A stretch of 64,000 nt of DNA from Oscillospiraceae bacterium (lineage in GTDB: Bacteria; Bacillota; Clostridia; Oscillospirales; CAG-272): positions 2,358 to 66,357 of the forward strand of contig SVSE01000006.1 in the NCBI GenBank assembly GCA_015064445.1. The letters run 5' to 3'. Both the position numbers and the translations under genes were made by a program. Below, one piece after another: positions 35,659-47,276 of the stretch (position 1 is its first letter; every line of letters starts with the position of its first letter). The notes below the pieces were generated by a model that saw only the letters and a program-made list of their open reading frames with translations, searched no databases and was not told the DNA's origin.

Positions 35659-36789
35659 ATGAAAAAGTATGTATCCTGCATTATTCTAATTGTCGCTTGT
35701 ATTGCTTGCGCTACAATCTTTTATGTTAACGCAAAAACAACCGACACACCCGAAACGCCAAGTGAGAGCGAGGTCCCATCTCAAAGCGAAGCGCCAAGCG
35801 AGAGCGAGGAAACCCAAAAGAAGCTCGACCTCTCCCAAAATGGAACGCTTTATAGCGAGTATTTTTGCCCGTCAAGACTCCGTGTAGAGTGGAATGCGAT
35901 AAGCTACGAGGGCGATGGCACTCTGTACATAAACGCAGAGCTTTATCTCGATAGCCCAAATGGCATTTCTCAGGCTTGTAACGGAAGCTTTACCGTAAAC
36001 GGTAAAAAAACCGATTTTTCCGTCAAGCCCTCAAGCGAGCAAAGCACACTCTTGCAGGCGATCTCTTGCGAAATTAAGGACTATTCTGACGCAACAGCTA
36101 TTGAAATTTCAGGCATCATAGGTCTTGAATTTGTTTGCGAGGGTGGAGCAACGCTTAACTCTCTAAGTATAAGCTCAAAAATCTGCCCAACAAGCTCTAA
36201 TAGCGAATCAAAGCTAATCTCCCTTGAGCATATCTCTCAATATCCATCACTCCCAAGTGGCGACGAGATAACCTCGCTTGCAATGGTGCTTCGTTACCTT
36301 AAATATAATGTTAACGAGTGCGATTTGTGCGACCTCTATCTCGATAAAGGGCCAGTTGGCTTTACCGATATTAGCAAGGCAAACGCAGGCAACCCTCGTG
36401 ATACCTATAATTCTTATGGCTGTCTTGCGCCTGTAATAATAAATTCGGCAACAAAGTTTATAAGCGCTAACGGTGGCTCTCATAAGGCATATGACCTGAC
36501 GGGCTATAATCCACAGGAGCTTTATAGACAAGTAAGCCTTGGCAATCCGGTTATAGTATGGCTATGCGATGATTTCGGAAATACCCCCTCGATATCTCGC
36601 ATTTGGATAGTAGATGGCAAAACCGTATTCTTAAAATCAAATATGGCGTGTATGGTTCTTGTCGGCTACGATAACACAAAGGGAACGGTAACTCTTGCAA
36701 ACCCAGCAGGCAATACCTTTACACTCGATATGGAAATGTTCGAGCAGGGCTATGCCGATATGGGCTCGTATGCAGTAATCGTAAAATAG
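35659..36789 (+). CDS. membrane-anchored peptidase-C39-like-domain protein (probable catalytic residues substituted)
   Basis: N-terminal TM 'YVSCIILIVACIACATIFYV', then a P/S/E-rich linker. The C-terminal 'QYPSLPSGDEITSLAMVLRYL' and 'ACMVLVGYDNTKGTVTLANP' resemble the C39_2 family. Confidence 0.6.
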   Translation: MKKYVSCIILIVACIACATIFYVNAKTTDTPETPSESEVPSQSEAPSESEETQKKLDLSQNGTLYSEYFCPSRLRVEWNAISYEGDGTLYINAELYLDSPNGISQACNGSFTVNGKKTDFSVKPSSEQSTLLQAISCEIKDYSDATAIEISGIIGLEFVCEGGATLNSLSISSKICPTSSNSESKLISLEHISQYPSLPSGDEITSLAMVLRYLKYNVNECDLCDLYLDKGPVGFTDISKANAGNPRDTYNSYGCLAPVIINSATKFISANGGSHKAYDLTGYNPQELYRQVSLGNPVIVWLCDDFGNTPSISRIWIVDGKTVFLKSNMACMVLVGYDNTKGTVTLANPAGNTFTLDMEMFEQGYADMGSYAVIVK

Positions 36790-36889
36790 CGATTGCCCCG
36801 TTAGTCCCTGCCATAGACCGTCATTTAACCACTTTGTTAGATGACGGTCTTATTCTTTTAAATTTTTTGAAAAAATTTTAGAATTCCTA

Positions 36890-36918
36890 TTGACAAAGCA
36901 AAATAGGTGTGATAATAT
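36890..36918 (+). promoter_or_regulatory. sigma-A-type promoter of the tRNA operon
   Basis: TTGACA (36890-36895), a 17-nt spacer ending in TGA, then TAATAT (36913-36918). Confidence 0.65.
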
Positions 36919-36948
36919 AATAGGGCAAAAACAAAATAAATTCGATTT

Positions 36949-37022
<74 letters not shown>

Positions 37023-37034
37023 TTTTTTTGCTAT

Positions 37035-37111
37035 GTACCCGTAGCTCAGCCGGATAGAGCAACTGCCTTCTAAGCAGTAGGTCGGGGGTTCGAATCCCTC
37101 CGGGTACGCCA
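37035..37111 (+). tRNA. tRNA-Arg (anticodon UCU)
   Basis: Acceptor GTACCCG/CGGGTAC, anticodon loop CTTCTAA, T-arm GGGGG-TTCGAAT-CCCTC, with CCA encoded. Confidence 0.95.
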
Positions 37112-37185
37112 TCTGCAAACCACAGCAGATTGGGGCTTCGCCGTAGGAGACGAAGCTATATAACTCTCGTAAGAGAGCGTTCTTT

Positions 37186-37263
37186 GGTGGGTGTAGCTCA
37201 GCTGGTTAGAGCGTCAGATTGTGGCTCTGAAGGCCGTGGGTTCGAATCTCATCATCCACCCCA
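37186..37263 (+). tRNA. tRNA-His (anticodon GUG) with encoded G-1
   Basis: An extra 5' G (37186) opposes discriminator C. Acceptor GTGGGTG/CATCCAC, anticodon loop TTGTGGC, T-loop TTCGAAT, with CCA encoded. Confidence 0.95.
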
Positions 37264-37269
37264 AAAAGA

Positions 37270-37300
37270 AAAACCGACCATTTGGTCGGTTTTCTTTTTT
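37270..37300 (+). terminator. intrinsic terminator of the tRNA operon
   Basis: ACCGACC-ATTT-GGTCGGT followed by TTTCTTTTTT. Confidence 0.8.
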
Positions 37301-37302
37301 AT

Positions 37303-37549
37303 CCATTGCGAAAGCGATGGTATATCATCACGCTTTAGCGTGTATATCACCACCGAAGGTGTATATCATCAGCCATAGGCTGTATCTTATTTCGCAATGA
37401 TGATATGCAAAACCTTGTTTTGATGATATGCAACGACAAGTCGTTGATGATATGTAAGACCCTGTCTTGATTTTGGCTTTTTATCCAAGTCGCAGACTTG
37501 GTATATCATCAAGATCGCCGTCCTTGTATATCATCAGCCCTTTGGGCTG
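37303..37549. repeat. array of ~9 copies of a 10-12-nt motif (TGTATATCATCA / inverse TGATGATATGCAA) interleaved with unique short hairpins
   Basis: Forward copies lie at 37321-30, 37343-52, 37362-71 (with a degenerate copy at 37383-92), 37502-11 and 37527-36. Inverted copies lie at 37398-410, 37421-33 and 37445-57. Spacing is 19-25 nt. Every spacer is self-complementary. Confidence 0.85.
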
Positions 37550-37572
37550 CATTTAAATTAAAATCCTTAAAC

Positions 37573-37602
37573 AAAACGCGAAAACCTCGCGTTTTATTTT
37601 TG
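37573..37602 (+). terminator. intrinsic terminator closing the repeat-array region
   Basis: AAAACGCGA-AAACC-TCGCGTTTT followed by ATTTTT. Confidence 0.7.
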
Positions 37603-37609
37603 TATATTC

Positions 37610-37638
37610 TTGTAATTTATAAATAGATATGGTAAAAT
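37610..37638 (+). promoter_or_regulatory. sigma-A-type promoter of ligA
   Basis: TTGTAA (37610-37615), a 17-nt spacer ending in TGG, then TAAAAT (37633-37638). Confidence 0.5.
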
Positions 37639-37640
37639 AA

Positions 37641-39691
<2,051 letters not shown>

Positions 39692-39692
<1 letters not shown>

Positions 39693-41020
39693 TGTTTAAA
39701 CTAAGTGCAGGCGCAACGAGGGCAATAGAGCTACTCGAGGGCGCAGGCTATGAGGCATACGCAGTTGGTGGAGCGATACGCGATGCGATAATGGGAAATA
39801 CCGTGCAGGATTTCGACATAACCACCTCGGCAACTCCCGAGGAAATGAGATTCGTTTTTAAGGACGAGAGGACGATTGAAACAGGAATAAAGCACGGAAC
39901 GATAACTCTTGCTTATAAGGGCGAGAATGTCGAAATTACCACCTATCGCGTTGACGGAGAATACACCGATAATCGCCACCCAGAAAGCGTTCAGTTTACA
40001 AGAAAGCTAAGTGGCGACCTCGAAAGGCGCGATTTTACAATGAACGCCATAGCCTATAATCCAAACGGTAATATAGTCGATTTATTCGACGGTAGAAGCG
40101 ATATTTCAAATGGAATAATAAGAGCAATCGGAGAGCCTAAGGTGCGCTTTACCGAGGATGCACTTCGAATATTGCGTGCAATTCGCTTTTCATCCTGCCT
40201 TGGCTTCAAAATTGAGGAGAAAACAAGGAAAGCAATGCTCGAATGTGCGCCCTTGCTTTCTAACATTTCAAGGGAAAGAATAGCCACCGAGCTTAATAAA
40301 TTCCTTTGTGGAAAAAATGTAAAAAATGCAATTCTTGAAAACTATGAAATTTTAGGCTATATCTTGCCTGAAATTGCTCAAATGCACGGCTTTGACCAAA
40401 GAAATTCGTGGCACATCTACGATATTTTGGAGCATACTGCCGTGGTCGTAGATAATGTCAGACCATTGCCACATATGCGACTTATGGCATTCTTGCACGA
40501 TATAGGAAAGGTACATACCTTTACTGTCGACGAAAATGGCATAGGACACTTTTATGGGCATAATGGCGCAAGCGAGGCGCGTGCAAGAGAGTTCTTTAAT
40601 GAATACAAGTACGACAATTTCACAAAGGAAAGAGTATGTGCTATTATAAAGGTTCACGACACTCATATTGAGGCAGACAAGGCATACATAAAGAAGAGAA
40701 TGAACCGTATGGGGAAAGAGGCATTTCTTGAGCTTTTGGAGCTTCAAAGGGCAGATAATTTGGCTCAAAATCCCCAAAAGGTTAATATACCTCACTTCGA
40801 TATTGTCTTGAATATGGCAAACGAAATAATTTCCGAGGGCGAGTGCTTTTCCTTGAAGCATCTTGCAATAAACGGAGGCGACCTGATTTCAAATGGCTTT
40901 GTAGCAGGTAAGAAAATAGGAGAAATCCTTGATTTTCTGCTTGAAGAGGTCATTGAGGGCAGGGCAGAAAACGATAAAAATACATTGTTAAAAATAGCAA
41001 AAAGCAAATATGGAGAATAA
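39692..41020 (+). CDS. cca: CCA-adding tRNA nucleotidyltransferase with HD domain
   Basis: 'AYAVGGAIRDAIMG', 'DFDITT', 'RRDFTMNA' and 'FLHDIGK'. The start overlaps the ligA stop (TAATG). Confidence 0.85.
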
Positions 41021-41021
41021 T

Positions 41022-43733
41022 ATGCGTTACGAAAAAAACACTTATAAGGGCTACGAGCTTGGCTCACTTCCAAAGGACAGTATAAAGGAGCTTGAGGAGC
41101 TTTCAAGAATCTCAGCTACCGAGGGCATTGTAATGCTCGAAAATAAAAACGATGTGCTTCCACTCAAAAATGGCGACCGTGTGTCCGTTTTTGGCAGAAT
41201 TCAAAGAGAATATTATAAGAGTGGAACAGGCTCTGGTGGACTTGTTAATGTAAAATATGTTACAAATATCGTAGATAGCTTAAAGGAATGCGATGGCATC
41301 GAAATCAACGAGGAGCTTCTTTCAATATACGAGGAATGGAAGAAGGACCATCCATTTGATGTTGGTAAGGGCTGGGGACAAGAGCCTTGGTGTCAGGAGG
41401 AAATGGAAATTGACCTCTCGATAGTTGAAAATGCACGCAAATTTGGCGATAAGGCTATTATCGTAATCGGTAGAACTGCTGGCGAGGACAAGGATAACTC
41501 TGCATCTGAGGGAAGCTATCTTTTGACTAAAAAGGAAGAGGAGCTCATTGAAAAGGTTACCTCTGTGTTTGAAAAGACAATAGTTTTGCTCAATGTTGGC
41601 GCAATTATTGATATGAAATGGGTGCAAAAATATAATGTATCCAGCGTGCTTTATTTGTGGCAGGGCGGTATGTGTGGAGGTCTTGCATGCGCTGATGTCC
41701 TCACAGGCAAGGTTAACCCAAGTGGTAAGCTTGCAGATACAATTGCATACGATATTTCTGATTATCCATCAAGCTCCTGCTTTGGCGAAAGAGAAGAAAA
41801 TCGCTATAAAGAGGATATCTATGTTGGCTATCGTTATTTCGAGAGCGTTGCTAAGGATAAGGTTCTTTATCCATTCGGCTTTGGTCTCTCCTATACCACA
41901 TTCAAAACAAGCGCAAGCGCGCGTGTATGTGACGATAAAATCGTAGTTGATGCTACTATTGAGAATACAGGCAAGCTCGCAGGCAAGGAGGTAGCGCAGG
42001 TTTACTTCGGCGCTCCAAAGGGCAAGCTTGGAAAGAGCGCAAGAGAGCTTATCGCATACGCAAAGACCGATTTGCTCGCACCAGGCGAGTCTCAGACTCT
42101 CACACTCGAATTCGAAATTGACAAAATGTGCGCCTATGATGATAGTGGCGTAACAGGCAATAAGTCCTGCTATGTGCTTGAAAATGGCGATTATCAAATC
42201 TATGTTGGAAGTAGTGTTCGTGATGCTGAAAATGTATTTACATACACACAGGATGCCACAAAGGTAGTTGAAAGATGCACAGAGGCACTTTCTCCTACTA
42301 AGCCCTTTGACCGTATGCATGTGGGCGAAAATAATACACTTACATACGAGCCAACACCACTTCGTACATATTCAGTTAAGGAAAGAGTAAACGAAAATCT
42401 TCCAGTGGAAATACCATATACAGGCGATAAGGGAATTAAGCTTGAGGATGTAAGATGCGGAAAGGCAACCATTGAGCAATTTGTTGCTCAGCTTTCTGAC
42501 GAGGAGCTTTGCTGTCTTGTAAGAGGCGAGGGAATGAACAGCCCTAAGGTTACCCCTGGCACAGGCTCCTGCTTTGGTGGCGTCACCGAGGAGCTTATCT
42601 CCTATGGTATTCCTATTGTCTGCACAACTGATGGTCCTTCTGGCATTAGAATGGATAGCGGACTTCTTGCAACCTCTATGCCAAACGGAACATGCCTTGC
42701 GTGTACCTTTAACACCGACCTTGTAAGCGAGCTTTATGCGCTTGAGGGCGTTGAAATGACTGCATATGAAATTGACGTAATCCTCGGTCCTGGCATAAAT
42801 ATTCACAGAAGCCCATTAAATGGTAGAAACTTCGAGTATTTCTCCGAGGACCCATATCTTGCAGGCACAATGGCTGTTGCCATCTCCAAGGGACTCTCAA
42901 ATGCAGGCGTTTATTGCACAATTAAGCACTTTATGGCAAACAGCCAGGAGTGGTATAGACACCACACAGACTCTGTAATTTCCGAAAGAGCCCTAAGAGA
43001 AATCTATGCTCGCCCATTCGAAATTGCAGTAAAGGACGGAGCAGTAAAGGCAATAATGACAGCGTATAACTGTGTAAACGGTATTCACGCGGCATCCTGC
43101 TACGACCTTACAAAGACAATTCTTCGTGATGAGTGGAAATATGACGGCTTTGTAATGACTGACTGGTGGGCAAAGCTCACAGACCTTGACGGAGTTGAAA
43201 GCAATGATGACTTTGCATCAATGGTAAAGGCTGTAAACGATGTTTATATGGTAATGGAAAATGCAAAAACAAATAACGATAATCTTCCAAGAGCGCTTGA
43301 AAGTGGATATCTCACAAGAGCAGAACTTCAGGTGTGTGCGATAAATATTTGTAATTTTGTAATGTACACACACGCATACGAGCGCTTTAGGGCAAATGGC
43401 TTTAAATATGCGTTGACCGACCTTGACACTACAAATATGAAGGAAATATTAGCCATTGATAGCATCGAGCTCGATGAACCATCAGATGTGAAATTTGAAA
43501 AGTCAGGAAAGTATATTCTTGAAATTGAATTTACCTCTCCGCTTCCAGAGCTTGCGCAAATCAGCATTGATGCAAAAATTGACCTTGCTGGCGCATGTAC
43601 TGCTGTGGCAAAGGGAACAAATGGCAAAAGGGGAATTATCAGAACTCCAATTTCCATAATGAACTGGGCTAAAAAAATTGTATTCTCATCTAAGGCAGAT
43701 GTGAAAATAGAGAAGGCTCGCTTCTTAATGTAA
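41022..43733 (+). CDS. glycoside hydrolase family 3 enzyme with permuted domain order
   Basis: The GH3 catalytic (N-type) domain motifs 'KHFMANSQE' and 'GFVMTDW' lie in the C-terminal half. The GH3 C-type/Fn3-like region ('LPLKNGDRVSVFG', 'EVAQVYFGAPKGKLGKSARELIAYAK') lies in the N-terminal half. The start at 41022 has a GGAG RBS. Confidence 0.8.
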   Translation: MRYEKNTYKGYELGSLPKDSIKELEELSRISATEGIVMLENKNDVLPLKNGDRVSVFGRIQREYYKSGTGSGGLVNVKYVTNIVDSLKECDGIEINEELLSIYEEWKKDHPFDVGKGWGQEPWCQEEMEIDLSIVENARKFGDKAIIVIGRTAGEDKDNSASEGSYLLTKKEEELIEKVTSVFEKTIVLLNVGAIIDMKWVQKYNVSSVLYLWQGGMCGGLACADVLTGKVNPSGKLADTIAYDISDYPSSSCFGEREENRYKEDIYVGYRYFESVAKDKVLYPFGFGLSYTTFKTSASARVCDDKIVVDATIENTGKLAGKEVAQVYFGAPKGKLGKSARELIAYAKTDLLAPGESQTLTLEFEIDKMCAYDDSGVTGNKSCYVLENGDYQIYVGSSVRDAENVFTYTQDATKVVERCTEALSPTKPFDRMHVGENNTLTYEPTPLRTYSVKERVNENLPVEIPYTGDKGIKLEDVRCGKATIEQFVAQLSDEELCCLVRGEGMNSPKVTPGTGSCFGGVTEELISYGIPIVCTTDGPSGIRMDSGLLATSMPNGTCLACTFNTDLVSELYALEGVEMTAYEIDVILGPGINIHRSPLNGRNFEYFSEDPYLAGTMAVAISKGLSNAGVYCTIKHFMANSQEWYRHHTDSVISERALREIYARPFEIAVKDGAVKAIMTAYNCVNGIHAASCYDLTKTILRDEWKYDGFVMTDWWAKLTDLDGVESNDDFASMVKAVNDVYMVMENAKTNNDNLPRALESGYLTRAELQVCAINICNFVMYTHAYERFRANGFKYALTDLDTTNMKEILAIDSIELDEPSDVKFEKSGKYILEIEFTSPLPELAQISIDAKIDLAGACTAVAKGTNGKRGIIRTPISIMNWAKKIVFSSKADVKIEKARFLM

Positions 43734-43737
43734 AAAG

Positions 43738-43775
43738 AAAATCTCCAACCACTCGGTTGGAGATTTTTATTTTAT
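43738..43775. terminator. bidirectional terminator
   Basis: AATCTCCAACC-ACTC-GGTTGGAGATT with a flanking A-run and T-run. Confidence 0.8.
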
Positions 43776-45616
43776 TTTTCCTCGTAAATTTGATAGGTTG
43801 GAACTAATTCCTTAACAAGAGCCTTGATTTCCTCGCTTTCAGCATAAGCCTCATCATAAAGCTTGTCCAAAACCTCAAGAAGCTTGCTTTCATCAAAATC
43901 AATAGGCTTTCTAATGCTTATCTTGTCGTTTGCAGTATTGATAAGTCCCTCTTCTGCCATAAGACGCTCCTCATAGAGCTTTTCTCCTGGGCGAAGACCA
44001 GTTATTTCAATTTTGATGTCCTTGCCAGGCTCATAGCCGGAAAGACGAATAAGGTTTTTAGCAAGGTCGTAAATCTTAACCTGCTCACCCATATCAAGCA
44101 CGAATATCTCGCCACCCTTGGCATAAGCGCCTGCTTGAAGCACAAGGCTTACAGCCTCTGGAATGGTCATAAAGTATCTTATTATGTCCTTGTGTGTTAC
44201 GGTTACAGGTCCACCCTCCTCAATTTGCTTTCTAAAAAGAGGAATTACCGAGCCATTAGAGCCGAGAACATTACCAAATCTTACAGCGACAAACGATGTT
44301 TTTGAAATCCTTGAGAAATACTGAATAATCATTTCACAAACACGCTTTGTTGCGCCCATTATGTTGGTTGGATTAACGGCCTTGTCAGTTGAAATCTGAA
44401 CAAAGGTTTTAACACCATAATTGTGCGCACATTTCGCAAGCTTATATGTACCGATAATGTTGTTCTTCACAGCCTCAGTAGGGGAGGACTCCATAAGTGG
44501 AACATGCTTGTGCGCTGCTGCGTGGAACACAATGTCGGGCTGATATAGCTTGAAGATTGCGTCCATTCTTGAGCTATCTCTTACAGAGGCAATCAAAACA
44601 ACAAGGTCAAGCTCAGGATGCTTTCTCTTTAGCTCTAACTGAACCTCATATGTTGTGTTTTCATAAATATCAACGATGATAAGCTTCTTTGGCGAGTGGC
44701 TTGCAATTTGTCTGCAAAGCTCACTGCCGATAGAGCCACCACCACCTGTTACAAGCACGGTTTGACCCTCAATATAAGCCATAACCTCGTCAAGGTTGGT
44801 TTGCACAGGCTCTCTGCCCAAAAGGTCGTTTACCTCAACATCGCGAAGACGCTGAACAGAAACCTGACCGTTTAAAAGCTGATAAATTCCAGGAAGCACC
44901 TTAACCTCGCATTTGCAGGAAACGCAAAGAGAGGAGAGCTCCTTTATAACATCAGGCTTAGCCGATGGAATTGCAATAATTATTGTTTCGATTTTCTTTT
45001 CCTTAACAATCGCAGGAATGTCAGTCGAATAGCCGAGAACATGGTAGCCAAAGATTGAGGTATGTTGCTTTGCAGGATCATCATCTATAAATCCTACAAG
45101 AGAGTAGCTTATCTTGTTGGAGTTAAGTATTTCCTTGGCAATCGCAACACCTGCCTTGCCAGCACCAACTATAAGAGCTCTTTTGCCCTTTTCGTTCTTG
45201 CGAGTGCCAAAATATCTACGAATAGATGTGTAGAGTCTGTACGAGAACAAAAGCGTCAAGAATGTTGCGCTTCCTAAAAGGAAAATAACAAAACAGCCTT
45301 GAATTGTTATACAGGAAACGTGGCAAAGACAAATAATGATATTTGACAAAAAGATAACGATGTTAATGCCAACAACCTTTGTAAGCTCTACCATTCCAAC
45401 ATGAGAGAGGGCACAGTGATGAAGCTTAGTTAGCCATACGCCTGCAATTGTTATTGCAAGGTCGACAACCAAAAATACCCACCCATCCTTCCAAAAATGG
45501 TCTGCATCATGCTGGAAGATAAATGCGTGATTAAAAAATATTGAAAAAAGATAGCTTACACAAAATAGAAAAGACAAAATCCAGGGCTTAAGCTTATGCG
45601 TTAAAGATTTCCTCAT
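43772..45616 (-). CDS. membrane-bound polysaccharide-biosynthesis NDP-sugar dehydratase/epimerase (CapD/PglF/WbpM family)
   Basis: 614 aa with four N-terminal TM segments, 'ALIVGAGKAG' and 'VLVTGGGGSIGSEL' Rossmann motifs, and 'STDKAVNPTNIMGATK'. Confidence 0.85.
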   Translation of the reverse strand: MRKSLTHKLKPWILSFLFCVSYLFSIFFNHAFIFQHDADHFWKDGWVFLVVDLAITIAGVWLTKLHHCALSHVGMVELTKVVGINIVIFLSNIIICLCHVSCITIQGCFVIFLLGSATFLTLLFSYRLYTSIRRYFGTRKNEKGKRALIVGAGKAGVAIAKEILNSNKISYSLVGFIDDDPAKQHTSIFGYHVLGYSTDIPAIVKEKKIETIIIAIPSAKPDVIKELSSLCVSCKCEVKVLPGIYQLLNGQVSVQRLRDVEVNDLLGREPVQTNLDEVMAYIEGQTVLVTGGGGSIGSELCRQIASHSPKKLIIVDIYENTTYEVQLELKRKHPELDLVVLIASVRDSSRMDAIFKLYQPDIVFHAAAHKHVPLMESSPTEAVKNNIIGTYKLAKCAHNYGVKTFVQISTDKAVNPTNIMGATKRVCEMIIQYFSRISKTSFVAVRFGNVLGSNGSVIPLFRKQIEEGGPVTVTHKDIIRYFMTIPEAVSLVLQAGAYAKGGEIFVLDMGEQVKIYDLAKNLIRLSGYEPGKDIKIEITGLRPGEKLYEERLMAEEGLINTANDKISIRKPIDFDESKLLEVLDKLYDEAYAESEEIKALVKELVPTYQIYEEK

Positions 45617-45834
45617 AAATTCTCCTTAATAGTAAATGCCTCGTAGTGAGACGGAGCGAATAAATAGCTCTCCATTCACTATTTTACACTACAAAATGGT
45701 AACTTGTCAACGGTATTTTTAATGAATTTAAATATTTAATTATTTTTTAATTTAGCCCTTGAAAAATGATGAAAAATGTTGTATCATATAAAATGAGAAA
45801 AATGCGCGGACATTTGTCCGAATGGAGGTATAAA

Positions 45835-46947
45835 ATGGCTTTTGAGCTTGATAATGATTTTGAATCTGGTGTTGATATAAGAGTCGTTGGAGTAGGCGGT
45901 GGCGGAAACAACGCAGTAAATAGAATGATTTCCTCAAATATTAAGGGAGTGCAGTTTATCGCAGTTAATACTGACCGTCCTGCACTTTTGAAGAGCGAGG
46001 CTGCTACAAGAATTTGCATCGGTGAGCAGGTTACAAAGGGTAATGGAGCTGGTGCTAATCCTGAAATGGGACTTCGTGCTGCAGAGGAGAGCATTGATGA
46101 GATAAGAAAGGCGCTTGATGGCGCAGATATGGTATTTGTTGCTACCGGTATGGGTGGTGGAACAGGTACAGGTGCAGCTCCTGTTGTTGCAAGAGTTGCA
46201 AAGGAGCTTGGAATACTTACAGTCGGAATTGTTACAAAGCCATTCAAGTTTGAGGGTGGACGCAGAATGTCACAGGCTGACGCCGGTATTAAGGAGCTCT
46301 CAAAGCATGTAGACTCTCTCGTTGTTATTCCTAATGAAAGACTTAAAGAGGTATCAGAGGAGAAGATTACACTTATGAACGCGTTTGCTAAGGCAGACGA
46401 TGTTTTGAAGCACGGTGTTAAGAGTATATCTGACCTTATCAATGTTGTTGGATTCGTAAACCTTGACTTTGCCGATGTTTCCTCTGTTATGAGAAATGCA
46501 GGACTTGCTCATATGGGCGTGGGAGAGGCAAAGGGACCAAATAAGGCTATCGAGGCTGCAAAGTCTGCAATTAGTAGCCCACTTCTTGAAACCTCAATCA
46601 GCGGTGCACACGGTATTGTAATAAATATTACAGTTTCTCCTGATGTTGAGCTTGATGAGGTTGATATTGCATCATCAATGATTACCGAGGAGGCTGCAGT
46701 TGATGCAAATATCATTTGGGGCGCAACCTTTGACCCAACTCTTGAGGATACAGTAAAGGTTACTATCATCGCTACAGGCTTTGATAAGCTTCCTAACAAG
46801 AATGTTAAGATTGATGCAGAGGTGGTTGATGAAATCACACTTAAGCAGGCACCTGTAATTGAAGAGGATGATTGCGCTGACATAATCGATATGATTAATA
46901 AGGCAAGAAAGAATCAAGGCGAGGAATTTTCCTCTAAAAAGTATTAA
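45835..46947 (+). CDS. ftsZ: cell-division GTPase FtsZ
   Basis: 'VVGVGGGGNNAVNRM' and 'GMGGGTGTGAAPVVA'. The RBS GGAGG lies 6 nt upstream of the ATG at 45835. Confidence 0.95.
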   Translation: MAFELDNDFESGVDIRVVGVGGGGNNAVNRMISSNIKGVQFIAVNTDRPALLKSEAATRICIGEQVTKGNGAGANPEMGLRAAEESIDEIRKALDGADMVFVATGMGGGTGTGAAPVVARVAKELGILTVGIVTKPFKFEGGRRMSQADAGIKELSKHVDSLVVIPNERLKEVSEEKITLMNAFAKADDVLKHGVKSISDLINVVGFVNLDFADVSSVMRNAGLAHMGVGEAKGPNKAIEAAKSAISSPLLETSISGAHGIVINITVSPDVELDEVDIASSMITEEAAVDANIIWGATFDPTLEDTVKVTIIATGFDKLPNKNVKIDAEVVDEITLKQAPVIEEDDCADIIDMINKARKNQGEEFSSKKY

Positions 46948-47120
46948 TCTTATATAATAACTATTAACTAAATGTAGAAAAATCACAGTCGCAAGGCTGT
47001 GATTTTCTTTAAAAAATGCAAATTTTTGTGCAAATTGTCCTAAAAATAAACACAAAATCATTCATTATATTCAAATTTTTTGTGCAATATGTAGAATTTA
47101 TTTAAAAAAATCACTTTTTC

Positions 47121-47149
47121 TTGACACAAATTATTTTAAGTGATATAAT
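47121..47149 (+). promoter_or_regulatory. consensus sigma-A promoter of the str (rpsL) operon
   Basis: TTGACA (47121-47126), a 17-nt spacer ending in TGA, then TATAAT (47144-47149). Confidence 0.7.
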
Positions 47150-47276
47150 GTGTTCGGTGTATTTCCATATTAAAAAGGTATATTTGCGCCTATATATAAG
47201 AAGCACCGCAAAATTGATACCTCGTCCCGCAAGGGGCTGATGTATAAACATTTATTCTGAGAAAAGGAGGAAAAAA

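Noticed and set aside
37303-37549. Possibility that the motif/hairpin array is a CRISPR array
   Set aside because: The repeats are only 10-13 nt and the 'spacers' only 7-13 nt. Repeat orientation flips within the array. No cas genes are in the window.
45747-46442. 231-aa ORF antisense to ftsZ
   Set aside because: It is a mirror frame of the highly conserved ftsZ. It has a P/S/T-rich translation and no RBS.
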